Source of the DNA: Octopus sinensis
Lineage: Eukaryota
Direction of reading: 5' to 3'
NCBI RefSeq assembly: GCF_006345805.1
Contig: NW_021835039.1
Location: 1 to 42,996 of the forward strand
DNA length: 42,996 bases
Shown here: positions 1 through 8,980 of the stretch, one piece after another
How positions within the stretch are numbered: position 1 is the stretch's first letter
Layout: every line of letters starts with the position of its first letter
The notes under the pieces: model-generated
What the model saw: the letters and a program-made list of their open reading frames with translations, nothing else
Databases searched by the model: none
Told to the model about the DNA's origin: nothing
Made by a program: the position numbers and the translations under genes

Positions 1-200
1 AGAACATTATTTCTGATCTCAAACAATCTAGAATTTTAAAGCGGTCTCGAACTCTCAAAAGTCGAGTGAGTAGTCCAACACTTTATCATCCAATCATTCC
101 GTTTCTGCAATCAATCTATTTAACCATTGTCTTCCCTCAATTGATTGCACTGTTTTGGCTCCTTAAAGAAAGACATGCTATATATTAGCGTAGTTTATTT

Positions 201-367
201 GGTAACCGGTAATAAAGTCACAGTAATAAAGACACAATTTTGGCGAGGAAAACAAGTCACAAGAAAAAACGTCACAATTAATTTATAGAACAAACCCCCA
301 CCGGACAAAACCGTAGGACAAAACACCCTCGGAAAAAACCCCTGTGACTTTTTTTTTACCTAGATTC
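201..367. mobile_element. Small MITE-like element with imperfect TIRs and subterminal GTCACA repeats
   Basis: Left end GGTAATAAAGTCACAG (208-223) is the approximate reverse complement of right end CTGTGACTTTTTTTTTACC (342-360); G(T/A)CACA recurs at 217, 231, 256, 271; internal GGACAAAAC repeats. Family not identified. Confidence 0.45.
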
Positions 368-420
368 ATGTATTTGAGTATCTGGAGCTTCTTTACATAT
401 AATATTTGCGTTTTCCTTTG

Positions 421-600
421 GTGGGTGGATAGCACAATCTGTAGCGGGTTTGATAAAAAAGCTTGCTACATCTATTACGATTCGTTACGTTCTGTATTCA
501 AGTCCTACCGAGACTAGATTTGTTTTTCATCCTTCCCTATTAAATACTGGTCAAGTACTGGGGTCAATATCATGTCTGTTGCCCTTATTAAAAAATCATG
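421..600 (+). mobile_element. Highly decayed SINE family A copy
   Basis: TTACGTTCTGTATTCAAGTCCTACCGAG...TTTCATCCTT...AGTACTGGGGTCAAT aligns by eye to the better-preserved copies at 8763-8980 and 18940-19549. Confidence 0.5.
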
Positions 601-835
601 AAAATCCGAAATGGGACGATATTCTGAGTATAGTAAATTTTGCGTTTTCCTCTTAACTCTGCATTGGGACCGATTAGAATTTTTCAGAAATAGTCTTGTA
701 CAATTTTTCATTCAGAAAGATAGTTAAAAACAGTTGCTTGAGGCATTTTCATCAATTTAAACATAGGACTTGAAAATTTTAGGGTAAAATGATCACAAGA
801 GATATTGCTTTGATATTAATTTTTTGGAAGTCTTC

Positions 836-839
<4 letters not shown>

Positions 840-866
<27 letters not shown>
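840..866. repeat. (AG)13 microsatellite
   Basis: Directly visible. Confidence 0.95.
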
Positions 867-870
<4 letters not shown>

Positions 871-1519
871 TATAGAATTTATATTTATGGACAGATAATC
901 ACCTTACCAGTGTTTAACAATTGGTAGTGTTTGAAATATATTTTCCTCTTAACTATTGTTACAATATTGATTCAGTAGCTCGGACGGGGTAATTTATCAT
1001 CTTCCCAGCATGGTTTTGAACGACATAAAGCCACACGTCAATATTATAGCGACTGTAGAACTACCATTGTATCTTTAGTCATGTGGAGTGATGTCAGTTT
1101 CGTTGAGTAGGCTGGCTACTAATCTTTGTACTTTATAGTGACATTATTTAATATCGGTTAATGTTCATATGTGGAGGACGGAACTACTTGAAGCATATTG
1201 TATTTCTTATTTCTTTTATTTACTATATTTTCCTCGTCGTTGCTGTTTTTAAGTTTATCGTGGAAAGACGTCTTAAAGCAGCTCCTGTTTGACTTGTTCC
1301 GCCAATATCTGTTTTCTCAAACGTAATTTAGAGTTGTGCTGTTTATTCTATTGTTATTTTATCACGGCAGAGAAGTACTTAATTGTTACATATGTGTACG
1401 TGTGTATGTGATACGTACGTACGTACAGACACATATACTCATACATGTATATATCTTGCCTGTTTAGAGAAGAAAAAAAGTATATTGTTAATTATTATTT
1501 GTTTCTGTTTTCGCAACAG

Positions 1520-1599
1520 AAATTAATTTCAACGTTGCTAAGATGGAAACAGTAGGAAAAGATTCTCTTATCAGTTGCAGCCAACTTCACCCTCCTCAG
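1520..1599 (+). CDS. Candidate internal coding exon of an unidentified gene (phase 1 to 0): INFNVAKMETVGKDSLISCSQLHPPQ
   Basis: Pyrimidine tract + CAG acceptor at 1517-1519, CAG|GTGGGA donor at 1600; only one frame is open and it is phase-compatible with the next three candidates. No protein family recognised. Confidence 0.4.
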
Positions 1600-1911
1600 G
1601 TGGGAAAAGAAAATAAGTATTTTTCGATTATTGTGAGTAATTGACCAAACAGTAGCAATAATTGCAACATTAACAGCAACACGGAAACAACATTTACACG
1701 AACAATAAATGCAATAATTGTTTTCAAATTAGACACTATACAGCTATCATTGTTTGTCGCAGAGGGTTGCTTAAAACAGTGATAAATAGACCATCTCCGT
1801 TCAGTTTGTAATTGGAACGAATGACAGATCCATTGACATAAAACTTGCGGCCTACAACAGCAAAGCTTCCACAGTCACCATCATTTTAATTATTTAAACC
1901 ATTTCTTGCAG

Positions 1912-1946
1912 AGAATACGCTCATTCGCGTCGTTTGTTAGGATCAG
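1912..1946 (+). CDS. Candidate 35-nt coding exon (phase 0 to 2): RIRSFASFVRI
   Basis: ATTTCTTGCAG acceptor, CAG|GTAACT donor; joins 1520-1599 and 5724-5803 in frame. Confidence 0.4.
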
Positions 1947-2254
1947 GTAACTTTGTATTTTTTGTTAACTGGCCTCATTTTTATAGGACTGAGTACGTAA
2001 ACCGTATAAAATACATAGGCAGCACCTCAGCACAGTCATGTGCATTCTGGGTAGGTGAGCATTCTGAGTAGTCGTTGGGGTGCGTTTTTTGTGGTACCAG
2101 CAGTATATTCAACTGATTGCCGACTCGCCTCATTACGGATCAATCTGTGATAAGTGCAACATGGTTCACAACTAAACGCACCATGTTGTCTCGGATAAGT
2201 GATGAATGAATCATTGACAAAAAGGCTATATGTACCACCAGTGCTTAGCCGATG

Positions 2255-2400
2255 ACATCATTCTTAGTACTTCAATATTACCGTATTTTATCGATGAGGT
2301 GAACGTTATAGTTAAGCCCGAGGCAATTTGAGTTCAGAACGTAAAGAACCAAAACGAATACGTTAGGCTAAACTTCTAAGTATTCCAGCGAACCATCAAA
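2255..2400 (-). mobile_element. Decayed SINE family A fragment
   Basis: ATTTGAGTTCAGAACGTAAAG is the reverse complement of the family A B-box region. Confidence 0.45.
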
Positions 2401-2444
2401 ACGGATGCCATTACGTCCTGTTTAAAATAACGGCCAAATATTAG

Positions 2445-2640
2445 ATATTTGGTTTCAAAATTAGGCACAGGACCAACGATTTGTGGGGAGGGGATAAAAT
2501 CGATGCCCGGCGTGCTAACGATTCTCCCAGTTCACCGCATTTACTCGCTCTACTAATATTCGTTTCTCCTCTAGGAATAAGGTCCGAAATTTTGGGGGAG
2601 GGGGTCAGTCGATTAGATCGATCCCCAGTACCCAACAGGT
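2445..2640 (-). mobile_element. Two SINE family A fragments (internally deleted head+tail copy, then a 3' end)
   Basis: CCCGGCGTGCTAACGATTCTCCCAGTTCACCGC (head, minus strand) fused to tail sequence; second tail GAAATTTTGGGGGAGGGGGTCAGTCGATTAGATCG. Confidence 0.65.
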
Positions 2641-2644
2641 ACGC

Positions 2645-2775
2645 AACGTCGGACTTTCAGTTTCCGTCAATCAAATCCACCCACAAAGCACTGATCGCCC
2701 CGAGGCTATAATAGGTGTCACGCTGTGGGAGTGAAACTGGAATCATGTGCTTGGGAAGCAAACCTCTTACCACAT
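2645..2775 (-). mobile_element. SINE family B, 5' half, decayed
   Basis: CAGTTTCCGTCAATCAAATCCACCCACAAAG...CGAGGCTATA...CTTACCACA matches the copy at 26199-26580. Confidence 0.7.
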
Positions 2776-2822
2776 AAGTACACTTTAAAAGTATCGAAGT
2801 TAAAAACTGAGTAATACATATT

Positions 2823-3657
2823 CAGTAATCCCTCGACTAGTGAGGGCGCGTGGCTTAGTGGTTAGGGCATTCGACTCATGATCGTAAGGTTGTGAGTTCG
2901 ATTCCCGGCGACACGTTCTGTCCTTGAGCAAGACACTATATTTCACGTTGCTCTAGTCCACTCAGCTGGCAAAAATGAGTAGTACCTGCATTTCAAAAGG
3001 GCCAGCCTTGTCACACTCTGTGTCACGCTGAATCTCCCTGAGAACTACGTTAAGCGTACACGTATCTGTGGAGTGCTCAGCCACTTGCACGTTAATTTCA
3101 TGAACCATCTGTTCCGTTGATCGTATCAGCTGGAACCCTCGTCGTTGTAACCGACGGAGTGCTCCTTTAATAACCTCGACTATCACGTGTGTTACAATCC
3201 CCAAATCCCCGTGATAGATGAAAATCCGCGAAGTAGAAACAGTACTGTACTCTATATATAGTTTTAAATATTAATTTTATAATTTGTATATAATCATTTT
3301 ATTTTAAATGTAAAACAACACCACACACTCGTTCCCCGAGTTTCATTATGTATATGCGATTCTTTGTTTTCTCATCTACGGTACACTACATATTTTCTTT
3401 TAATCTATTTTAATTCAAGTGATATAAAGGGCAGTACTGTACTGCATTTTTATTTATTAATTTATAGATTTTTAAATGAGAAAATACTTATTTTACCACA
3501 AAAATAATTAAAATCCAAAAAAATATAAATACCCATCGGCCGCAAAAACACACGATATGCTAAGAAGTCCGCGATATAAATTTACATATTTAGCCAGAAA
3601 AACCTGCGATGCACTGAGGGCACGAAAGGTGAACCGCGATATGGTGAGTGATTACTG
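2823..3657. mobile_element. Tigger/pogo-like MITE interrupted by a SINE
   Basis: Left TIR CAGTAATCCCTCGACTA(TCACG) versus right end CGCGATATGGTGAGTGATTACTG followed by TA (3658-3659); CAGT-start TIRs and TA target are typical of Tc1/mariner-pogo elements. Confidence 0.7.
2842..3165 (+). mobile_element. tRNA-derived SINE family C
   Basis: A box TGGCTTAGTGG (2851-2861), B box GTTCGATTCC (2896-2905), then GTCCTTGAGCAAGACACT...AGTCCACTCAGCTGGCAAAAATGAGT resembling conserved SINE core domains; flanked by 9-bp duplication CCTCGACTA (2831-2839, 3174-3182). Confidence 0.85.
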
Positions 3658-3762
3658 TAGGCTCTGTATGCGAATTTGGGCCCCCTTTACGCTATAACGC
3701 ATTAAAAACTTTCTTGATGCGCTCACGCATCTTTAAATTCCCAAACATGGCAGGTTTTCGTA

Positions 3763-3982
3763 TATTCTTTTCTGCTCTAGGCACAAGACCCGAAATTTTT
3801 GGGAAGTGGGACAGTCGATTAGATCAACCAGAGTACGCAACTGCTACTTAAATTATCGATTCTGCTTAGGATGAAAGGCAAAGTCGACCTCGGTGGAATT
3901 TGAATTAAAGAACATAAAGACAGACGAAATACTGCTAAGTATTTCGCTCGGTGTGCTAACGTTTCTGCTAGCTTGTCACCTT
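3763..3982 (-). mobile_element. SINE family A, full length
   Basis: Reverse complement of the whole consensus from GCTAGCAGAAACGTTAGCAC to GCCTAGAGCAGAAAAGAAT. Confidence 0.9.
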
Positions 3983-4030
3983 GGTAGGTTTCCGTATATT
4001 GGACCACATTCTGCAGGCTACGATGATTAC

Positions 4031-4454
4031 TTATTTATTTCGTTATTGCCCACAGGGGACTAAACATAGAGGAGACAAAAAAGGACAGACAAACGGATTA
4101 AGTCGATTATATCGACCTCAGTGCGTAATTGGTACTTATTTAATCAACCCCGAAAGAATGAAAGGCAAAGTCGACCTGCGCGGAATTTGAACTCAAAATG
4201 TAAAGACAGACGAAATACCTATTTCTTTAATACCTATTTCTTTAATACCCACAAGGGTCTAAACACAGAGAGGACAAACAAGAACAGGCAAACGGATTAA
4301 GTCGATTACATCGACCCCAGTGCGTAACTGGTACTCATTTAATCGATCCCGAAAGGATGAAAGGCAAAGTCGACCTCAGCGGAATTTGAACTCAGAACGT
4401 AGCGACAGACGAAATACTTCAAAGCATTTCGCCCAGCGTGCTAACGTTCCTGCC
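4031..4454 (-). mobile_element. SINE family A dimer
   Basis: Two head-to-tail units, each with GGATGAAAGGCAAAGTCGACCT...GAATTTGAACTCA and the variant tail also seen in the trimer at 18940-19549. Confidence 0.9.
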
Positions 4455-4887
4455 TTAGTAGGTTTTCGTATATTGTAACCATATCCTGCAGGCTACAATG
4501 ATTAGTTCTTGTGATCAGGCCTGAGCGGGTGGTGCAGGTTATTATTTTTCCACTTACGGTTTTGGTAGTCTTGCGAATAATTTGCAATTGCGTTTTGTAT
4601 TTCCATGTTTAGGGGGTTAATTCATTAAATATTTTCTTACGTTGCTTCTTCAACTTCCTTATAGTTTTCTCTTATCTCACCCTCTGGTTTACATATATGT
4701 TGTTTCTCAGAAAACTCAACGTATATCAAAAAAATGACAAACACGTTTTCTTTTGTATTCCTTTGCATATTTGTTCTACATTTCCTTATCGCCCTATCGC
4801 GGTTTATCTAAGTTTACGTCGATTCCTCCGTGGTGCAGTTTTGTATTTATAATAAAAAAATATACACAAATTATAAAAGAAAAAAAA

Positions 4888-4967
4888 TAATCGACTGACC
4901 CCCCCCCCCCCAAAAAAAAAATTGGAGGCCTTGTGCCTAGAGTAGAAAAGTATATTTCTATGTATTT
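4888..4967 (+). mobile_element. SINE family A 3' tail only
   Basis: TAATCGACTGACCCC...GGCCTTGTGCCTAGAGTAGAAAAG. Confidence 0.75.
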
Positions 4968-4980
4968 TAGCAAAGATAAA

Positions 4981-5318
4981 CGCATGCGTGCCTGTGTGGT
5001 AAGAAGTCTGCTTCGCAACAACACGTTTCTGGGTTCAATCCCATATATATACATATATTATATATATATATATATATATGCATATTTGTGTGTGTATGTA
5101 TGTGTGTGAGTGTGTGTGTGTGTTTGTTCCACCCCACCACTTGACAACTAGAGTTGGTTTGTTTATGTTCTCCGCAACTTAGCGTTTCAGCAAAAGAAAT
5201 CGATAGAATATGTACCAGGCATAAAATATAAGTACTGGGTCGATTCGTTCGATTGCATCTTTACAAGGCGGTGCTCCCACCTGGCCGCCTCCAATACTGA
5301 AACATAAACGACAAAAGA
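4981..5318 (+). mobile_element. SINE family B (tRNA head, internal microsatellite, CR1-like tail), internally deleted
   Basis: CTGTGTGGTAAGAAG...GGGTTCAATCCC head; TA/TG microsatellite; tail AAGGCGGTGCTCC...CTGAAACA. Confidence 0.85.
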
Positions 5319-5403
5319 TTTCACTGTTCTATATTTAAGAGATGAGGAATTATACACATTATCTACATTTGACGGATATTTGTCCTCATCTTGCTTGTTG
5401 TAT

Positions 5404-5663
5404 GCCCATGGGCATATGGTGTAGTGGTTAAGAGCGCGGGCTACTAACCCCAAGATTCCAAGTTCGAATCCAGGCAGTGACCTGAATAATAATAAGAAGA
5501 AGAACGACAAGAACATCGAAAAATACCTTAGGAAGGAGAACCCAGGTATGAAATTTCCCCAAGACACCTGATGAAGCCTGTAGGGTATATCAGCCGAAAC
5601 GTTGTGTTAACAACAAACAAGATGAGGACAAATGTCTGTCAATTGTAAATAATGTAAATAATG
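5404..5663 (+). mobile_element. tRNA-headed SINE-like element with Penelope-type hammerhead tail (copy 1), preceded by an inverted fragment of its own 3' end at 5319-5400
   Basis: A box TGGTGTAGTGG (5417-5427), B box GTTCGAATCC (5462-5471), (AAT/AAG)n linker, hammerhead core, (AAATAATGT)n tail; homologous over its full length to 20973-21247. Confidence 0.85.
5563..5608 (+). ncRNA. Predicted minimal type-I hammerhead ribozyme
   Basis: Helix I GACAC/GTGTT (5 bp with one GU), CTGATGA 5568-5574, helix II GCCTG/CAGCC (one mismatch), GAAA 5596-5599, palindromic ACGT helix III, GUU triplet, predicted cut after 5603. Confidence 0.65.
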
Positions 5664-5723
5664 AACAAAATATTTACTCTTTTACTACTTTTCCGAACAT
5701 AATATTACCTTTCGTTTCTTCAG

Positions 5724-5803
5724 AATTGATTTCCAAAATCATTTAATTCGGATATGTGAAAACCTGGATTCGAACTTAGTGTTGTCATTAGACAGAGTAT
5801 ACA
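5724..5803 (+). CDS. Candidate coding exon (phase 2 to 1): IDFQNHLIRICENLDSNLVLSLDRVY
   Basis: TTCGTTTCTTCAG acceptor, consensus GTAAGT donor at 5804; single open frame, phase-compatible with both neighbours. Confidence 0.4.
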
Positions 5804-6447
5804 GTAAGTTGATAGATATTGGCAGTATAAGATATCCCCCTTTCGTGTACTTCACTGCACCCACCTTTAATAGAAACTCTACAAAGATCCGATTGCTAGA
5901 GGGAGCTGAAGACGTCATATTGCTCATGGAAAGGTTACACTGGTGGAAATAGGTAGGTAGTTCAGCAGGAATTAATGCCGTAACTTTGTAAAGTAGGAGT
6001 CATTTATATTTTTGAACTCTGTGACTTCTGTCTACTGAAACCATAGACTACACATAACAAGGTGTCCAGCAGTGTTACACCTAATATGTAGCTGGCTGTC
6101 ATGCACATACAGGAGACGATTTTATGGTTGTTAAACTTAATCATTATCCAAGTGAGCTGGTTTAAAATTCTGGTTTAAGCTCTTGGCGCAAAATGAAATT
6201 GTTTTCCACTTATAACAAGAATCGATTTTCCCTTTGCAGTCTCCCTTCATTAATAGATCTGTAAAACCACCTTCCGTTTTCTCATAGTATTTATGGAGCA
6301 ATTATTTATCATTTATGGAGCAATCTAAATGATACTTTACACATAGTTAACATTTTCAAAAAATACGAGTATTACCGTAAAAAAGAGCTTCCTGAAATAA
6401 ATCATAACCCTTCTCAGATCATAGTTTTTTCTGCTTATAATCTTCAG

Positions 6448-6487
6448 TTATGACTTTCTTGGCAGCAATAGACGTTTACCTCAATAG
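6448..6487 (+). CDS. Candidate 40-nt coding exon (phase 1 to 2): (I)MTFLAAIDVYLN
   Basis: TTTTTTCTGCTTATAATCTTCAG acceptor, AG|GTAACT donor; in frame after 5724-5803. Confidence 0.35.
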
Positions 6488-6512
6488 GTAACTATTCCTA
6501 TGACAGATACGC

Positions 6513-6652
6513 ATTCCGCCGAGGCCGACTATGCCTTTAATCATTTGTGGTTGTCGATAATGTAAGTACCAGTTGCGTACTGGGGTAGATCTAGTCGACT
6601 GGTCTCCTCCTCCAAATTTCGGGCCTTGTGCCTAGAGTAGAAAAGAATATTT
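6513..6652 (+). mobile_element. SINE family A, 3' two-thirds
   Basis: ATTCCGCCGAGGCCGACT...GTACCAGTTGCGTACTGGGG...GGGCCTTGTGCCTAGAGTAGAAAAGAATAT. Confidence 0.85.
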
Positions 6653-7461
6653 GACCCATCAAAGCAGTTTTGTTGTATAAGTCGACCTACATGTTTTGGC
6701 TGTAAATTTTTGTCTGAAAAATTCGACTTCTATGTCAGAAAATATGGTATTTTAAACAACAGTAGTATTGGACTATAGTTTCGAGACTTCAGTCTTTCGA
6801 TTAGCAAGTCTTTTACTTTGGTGAGCAATTTGGGTCTTCATTCTTGCTCTTTCAGCAAGTATATAATTGAATGTCTTTGAAGGTACTTCGTAGGTGCGAG
6901 TTAAATATCTTCCTAATGATTTACCATTTTTTTGGTGCTGTCTGTTGCTCGTGTTTTGTAGTACGTCAGTAACTACTGGGTTTGTTATTTTTTCTCAATA
7001 AACTTCTCGTGCTTCGCTTATTATGTCCAGCATTATCGTTCATGATGAGACATCTGCTATCGACATTCTTTACAGTAAATCTTTTATTTGTTTAATTATT
7101 GGAGCTGCATTGATTTCACATTTTTTTTACAGGATATTCTTATTAAAATCCTTTTCGTTTGGAGACAAATTGTTTGTTTTATCAATAGGAATAATGCCGC
7201 TTTTCATGACAAATTATTGGTCGTTTAACTACGATCTCTTGTCTGAAATATCTTTTATTTTAGATATTTTGTGGTGTTTCATATTTCTGTAGAACGTGTC
7301 TCCTTTCCAATTATTGTTTTCTCTGTCGTTCTCATTAATGATTCAAGAACTCTTTAATTTATTTTCTATCATTCTTAAAAAAAATATTCGTGATGCCTAG
7401 TCATCACCTTTCTTATTCTCACCCTCACCACTACCACTACCACCGCCATCATTAGCTCTAC

Positions 7462-7462
<1 letters not shown>

Positions 7463-7513
<51 letters not shown>

Positions 7514-7576
7514 GTTGTTGTTGTTGTTGTTGTTGCTGTTGCTGTTGCTGCTGCTGCTGCTGCTGCTGCTGTTGCT
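7463..7576. repeat. Compound (ATT)n-(GTT)n-(GCT)n trinucleotide repeat
   Basis: Directly visible. Confidence 0.95.
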
Positions 7577-7788
7577 AAGGTGTCGAGCTGGCAGAATCGT
7601 TAGCACGTTGCGCAAAATGCTTAGTGGCCTTATGTCTGTCTTTTCATTCTGAGTTCAAATATCAACGAAGTCGGCTTTGCTTTTCATTTTTTAGAGGTTG
7701 ATAAAATAAGACCCAGTAAAACACTGGTGTCGATGTATTCGGCTAGCCTCACACAAAAACTTCAGATCTTGTACCTATCATAGAAAGG
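7577..7788 (+). mobile_element. SINE family A, full length, diverged
   Basis: AAGGTGTCGAGCTGGCAGAATCGTTAGCAC...TTCTGAGTTCAAAT...TAGAAAGG followed by (ATT)n. Confidence 0.85.
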
Positions 7789-7820
<32 letters not shown>

Positions 7821-7821
<1 letters not shown>

Positions 7822-8640
7822 GATGTCGCACAGTGTATAATATCTGTTGTACACTGTTGATTGAAGATATGGTGTCTACGGGGGTTTGTACTGTCAGTCA
7901 AACACAACAAGAACATCAGACAGAGAGTACTTTACTGAATATGCATGCAGTTCCAACTAATGCCGACTTTTGCAATACATCTAGATTGTAGGATATTTCT
8001 AAGGTTTTCAGATGTCTTTTCAGATTGGATGGTATTGAACCCAATGCTACGATGACAATAGGGATAACCTTTATGTGTGACTCTCGTAGTTGCCACAACT
8101 TAGCCATCTCAATACTCAGGTCTCTATATTTATCAACTTTTTCTTTCATGATGTGTTGATCTCTTGGCACTGTTACGTCGATTATTAGGCACTCTTGTTT
8201 GTCCCACCTAAAGGTTACTATATCCAGCCTTCGGTGATGTAATACTTTCTTTGTCTGGAAATCAAAGTCCCAGAGGATTTTTGCCTTCCTCTTTTCGTCC
8301 GTTACCCTTTCCGGTGTATGTTGGTACCGAGCACCCGTAATCTCATATCCATACTTACGACTTAGTAGCCAGTAGAGGTTTTGGGCCAATTGTCGTGCCT
8401 ACGCTTGTACTCTTTCAGCGCAAGACTTTCATAAACACTGACAACGTGAGTCACACTTTCGACCCTCTTCCCAAACATTCTGCAGAGGACCAATGCACTT
8501 GTGTGGTATATATTCTTTTTCACTGAGTTGGTATTCAATGGCTGGTCCTGGGCCGCGCGGATTAGGCTTTCAGTATTCTTTTTTAGGTCACCCTTGTTGA
8601 GTCATCTCCATGATGCTTCCTGGTCTGAAATATGCAGTGT
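7821..8640 (-). mobile_element. 5'-truncated R4/Dong-clade non-LTR retrotransposon (restriction-like endonuclease C-terminus), decayed
   Basis: ORF 7916-8389 has KILWDF..Q...HRR(P>L)DI...LIIDV.VP.D...EKVDKY.DL..E..KLW...V.PIVI.ALG; upstream frames give CRM..K..ESVTHV...LA.KEYKRRHD (degenerate CCHC) and G.LK..TESLI.AAQDQ.L.TN; (ATT)n on both sides. Confidence 0.9.
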
Positions 8641-8709
8641 ATTATTATTATTATTATTATTATTATTTTATTATTATTATTATTATTATTATTATCATTA
8701 TTATTATTA

Positions 8710-8762
<53 letters not shown>
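8641..8762. repeat. (ATT)n microsatellite
   Basis: Directly visible, about 40 units with few interruptions. Confidence 0.95.
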
Positions 8763-8764
<2 letters not shown>

Positions 8765-8980
8765 GGCGGTAAGCTGGCAGAATCGTTAGCACGGCGGACG
8801 AAATAGTTAGCGGTATTTCGTCTGCTGCTACGTTCTGAGTTCAAATTCCGCTGAGGTCGACATTGCTTTTCATCCTTTCGAGCTCAATGAAATAAGTACC
8901 AGTCACGCATTGGGGTGTCGATGCAATTGACTAGCTCCTTCCCCATAAAAAATCTTGAATGCCTTGTGTCTAGAGTAGAA
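8763..8980 (+). mobile_element. SINE family A, full length
   Basis: AAGGCGGTAAGCTGGCAGAATCGTTAGCACG (A-box-like TGGCAGAATCG), GAGTTCAAATTCC (B-box-like), core GCTTTTCATCCTTTCG...AAGTACCAGT, tail GCCTTGTGTCTAGAGTAGAA + (AAT)n. Confidence 0.92.

Noticed and set aside
895-1292. Upstream exon candidates (895-923, 1009-1092, ATG at 1161)
   Set aside because: Could not be joined in phase to 1520 with plausible donors or intron lengths; left unassigned.
2845-2910. tRNA-Met-like gene (CAT loop)
   Set aside because: No acceptor stem closure; continues into a SINE body and is bounded by a TSD.
5404-5478. tRNA-Ser(ACT)-like gene
   Set aside because: Poor stems, atypical anticodon, and it is the head of a repeated element with a second copy at 20973.
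5874-5952. Selenocysteine read-through of TGA 5907-5909 (KLYKDPIARGS*RRHIAHGK)
   Set aside because: Frame is not phase-compatible with the upstream candidate exon, no redox motif, and no SECIS recognised.
7023-7292. 89-aa hydrophobic ORF as a membrane protein
   Set aside because: T-rich composition explains it; the opposite strand looks like a stop-riddled K/N/E-rich remnant without a recognisable motif.
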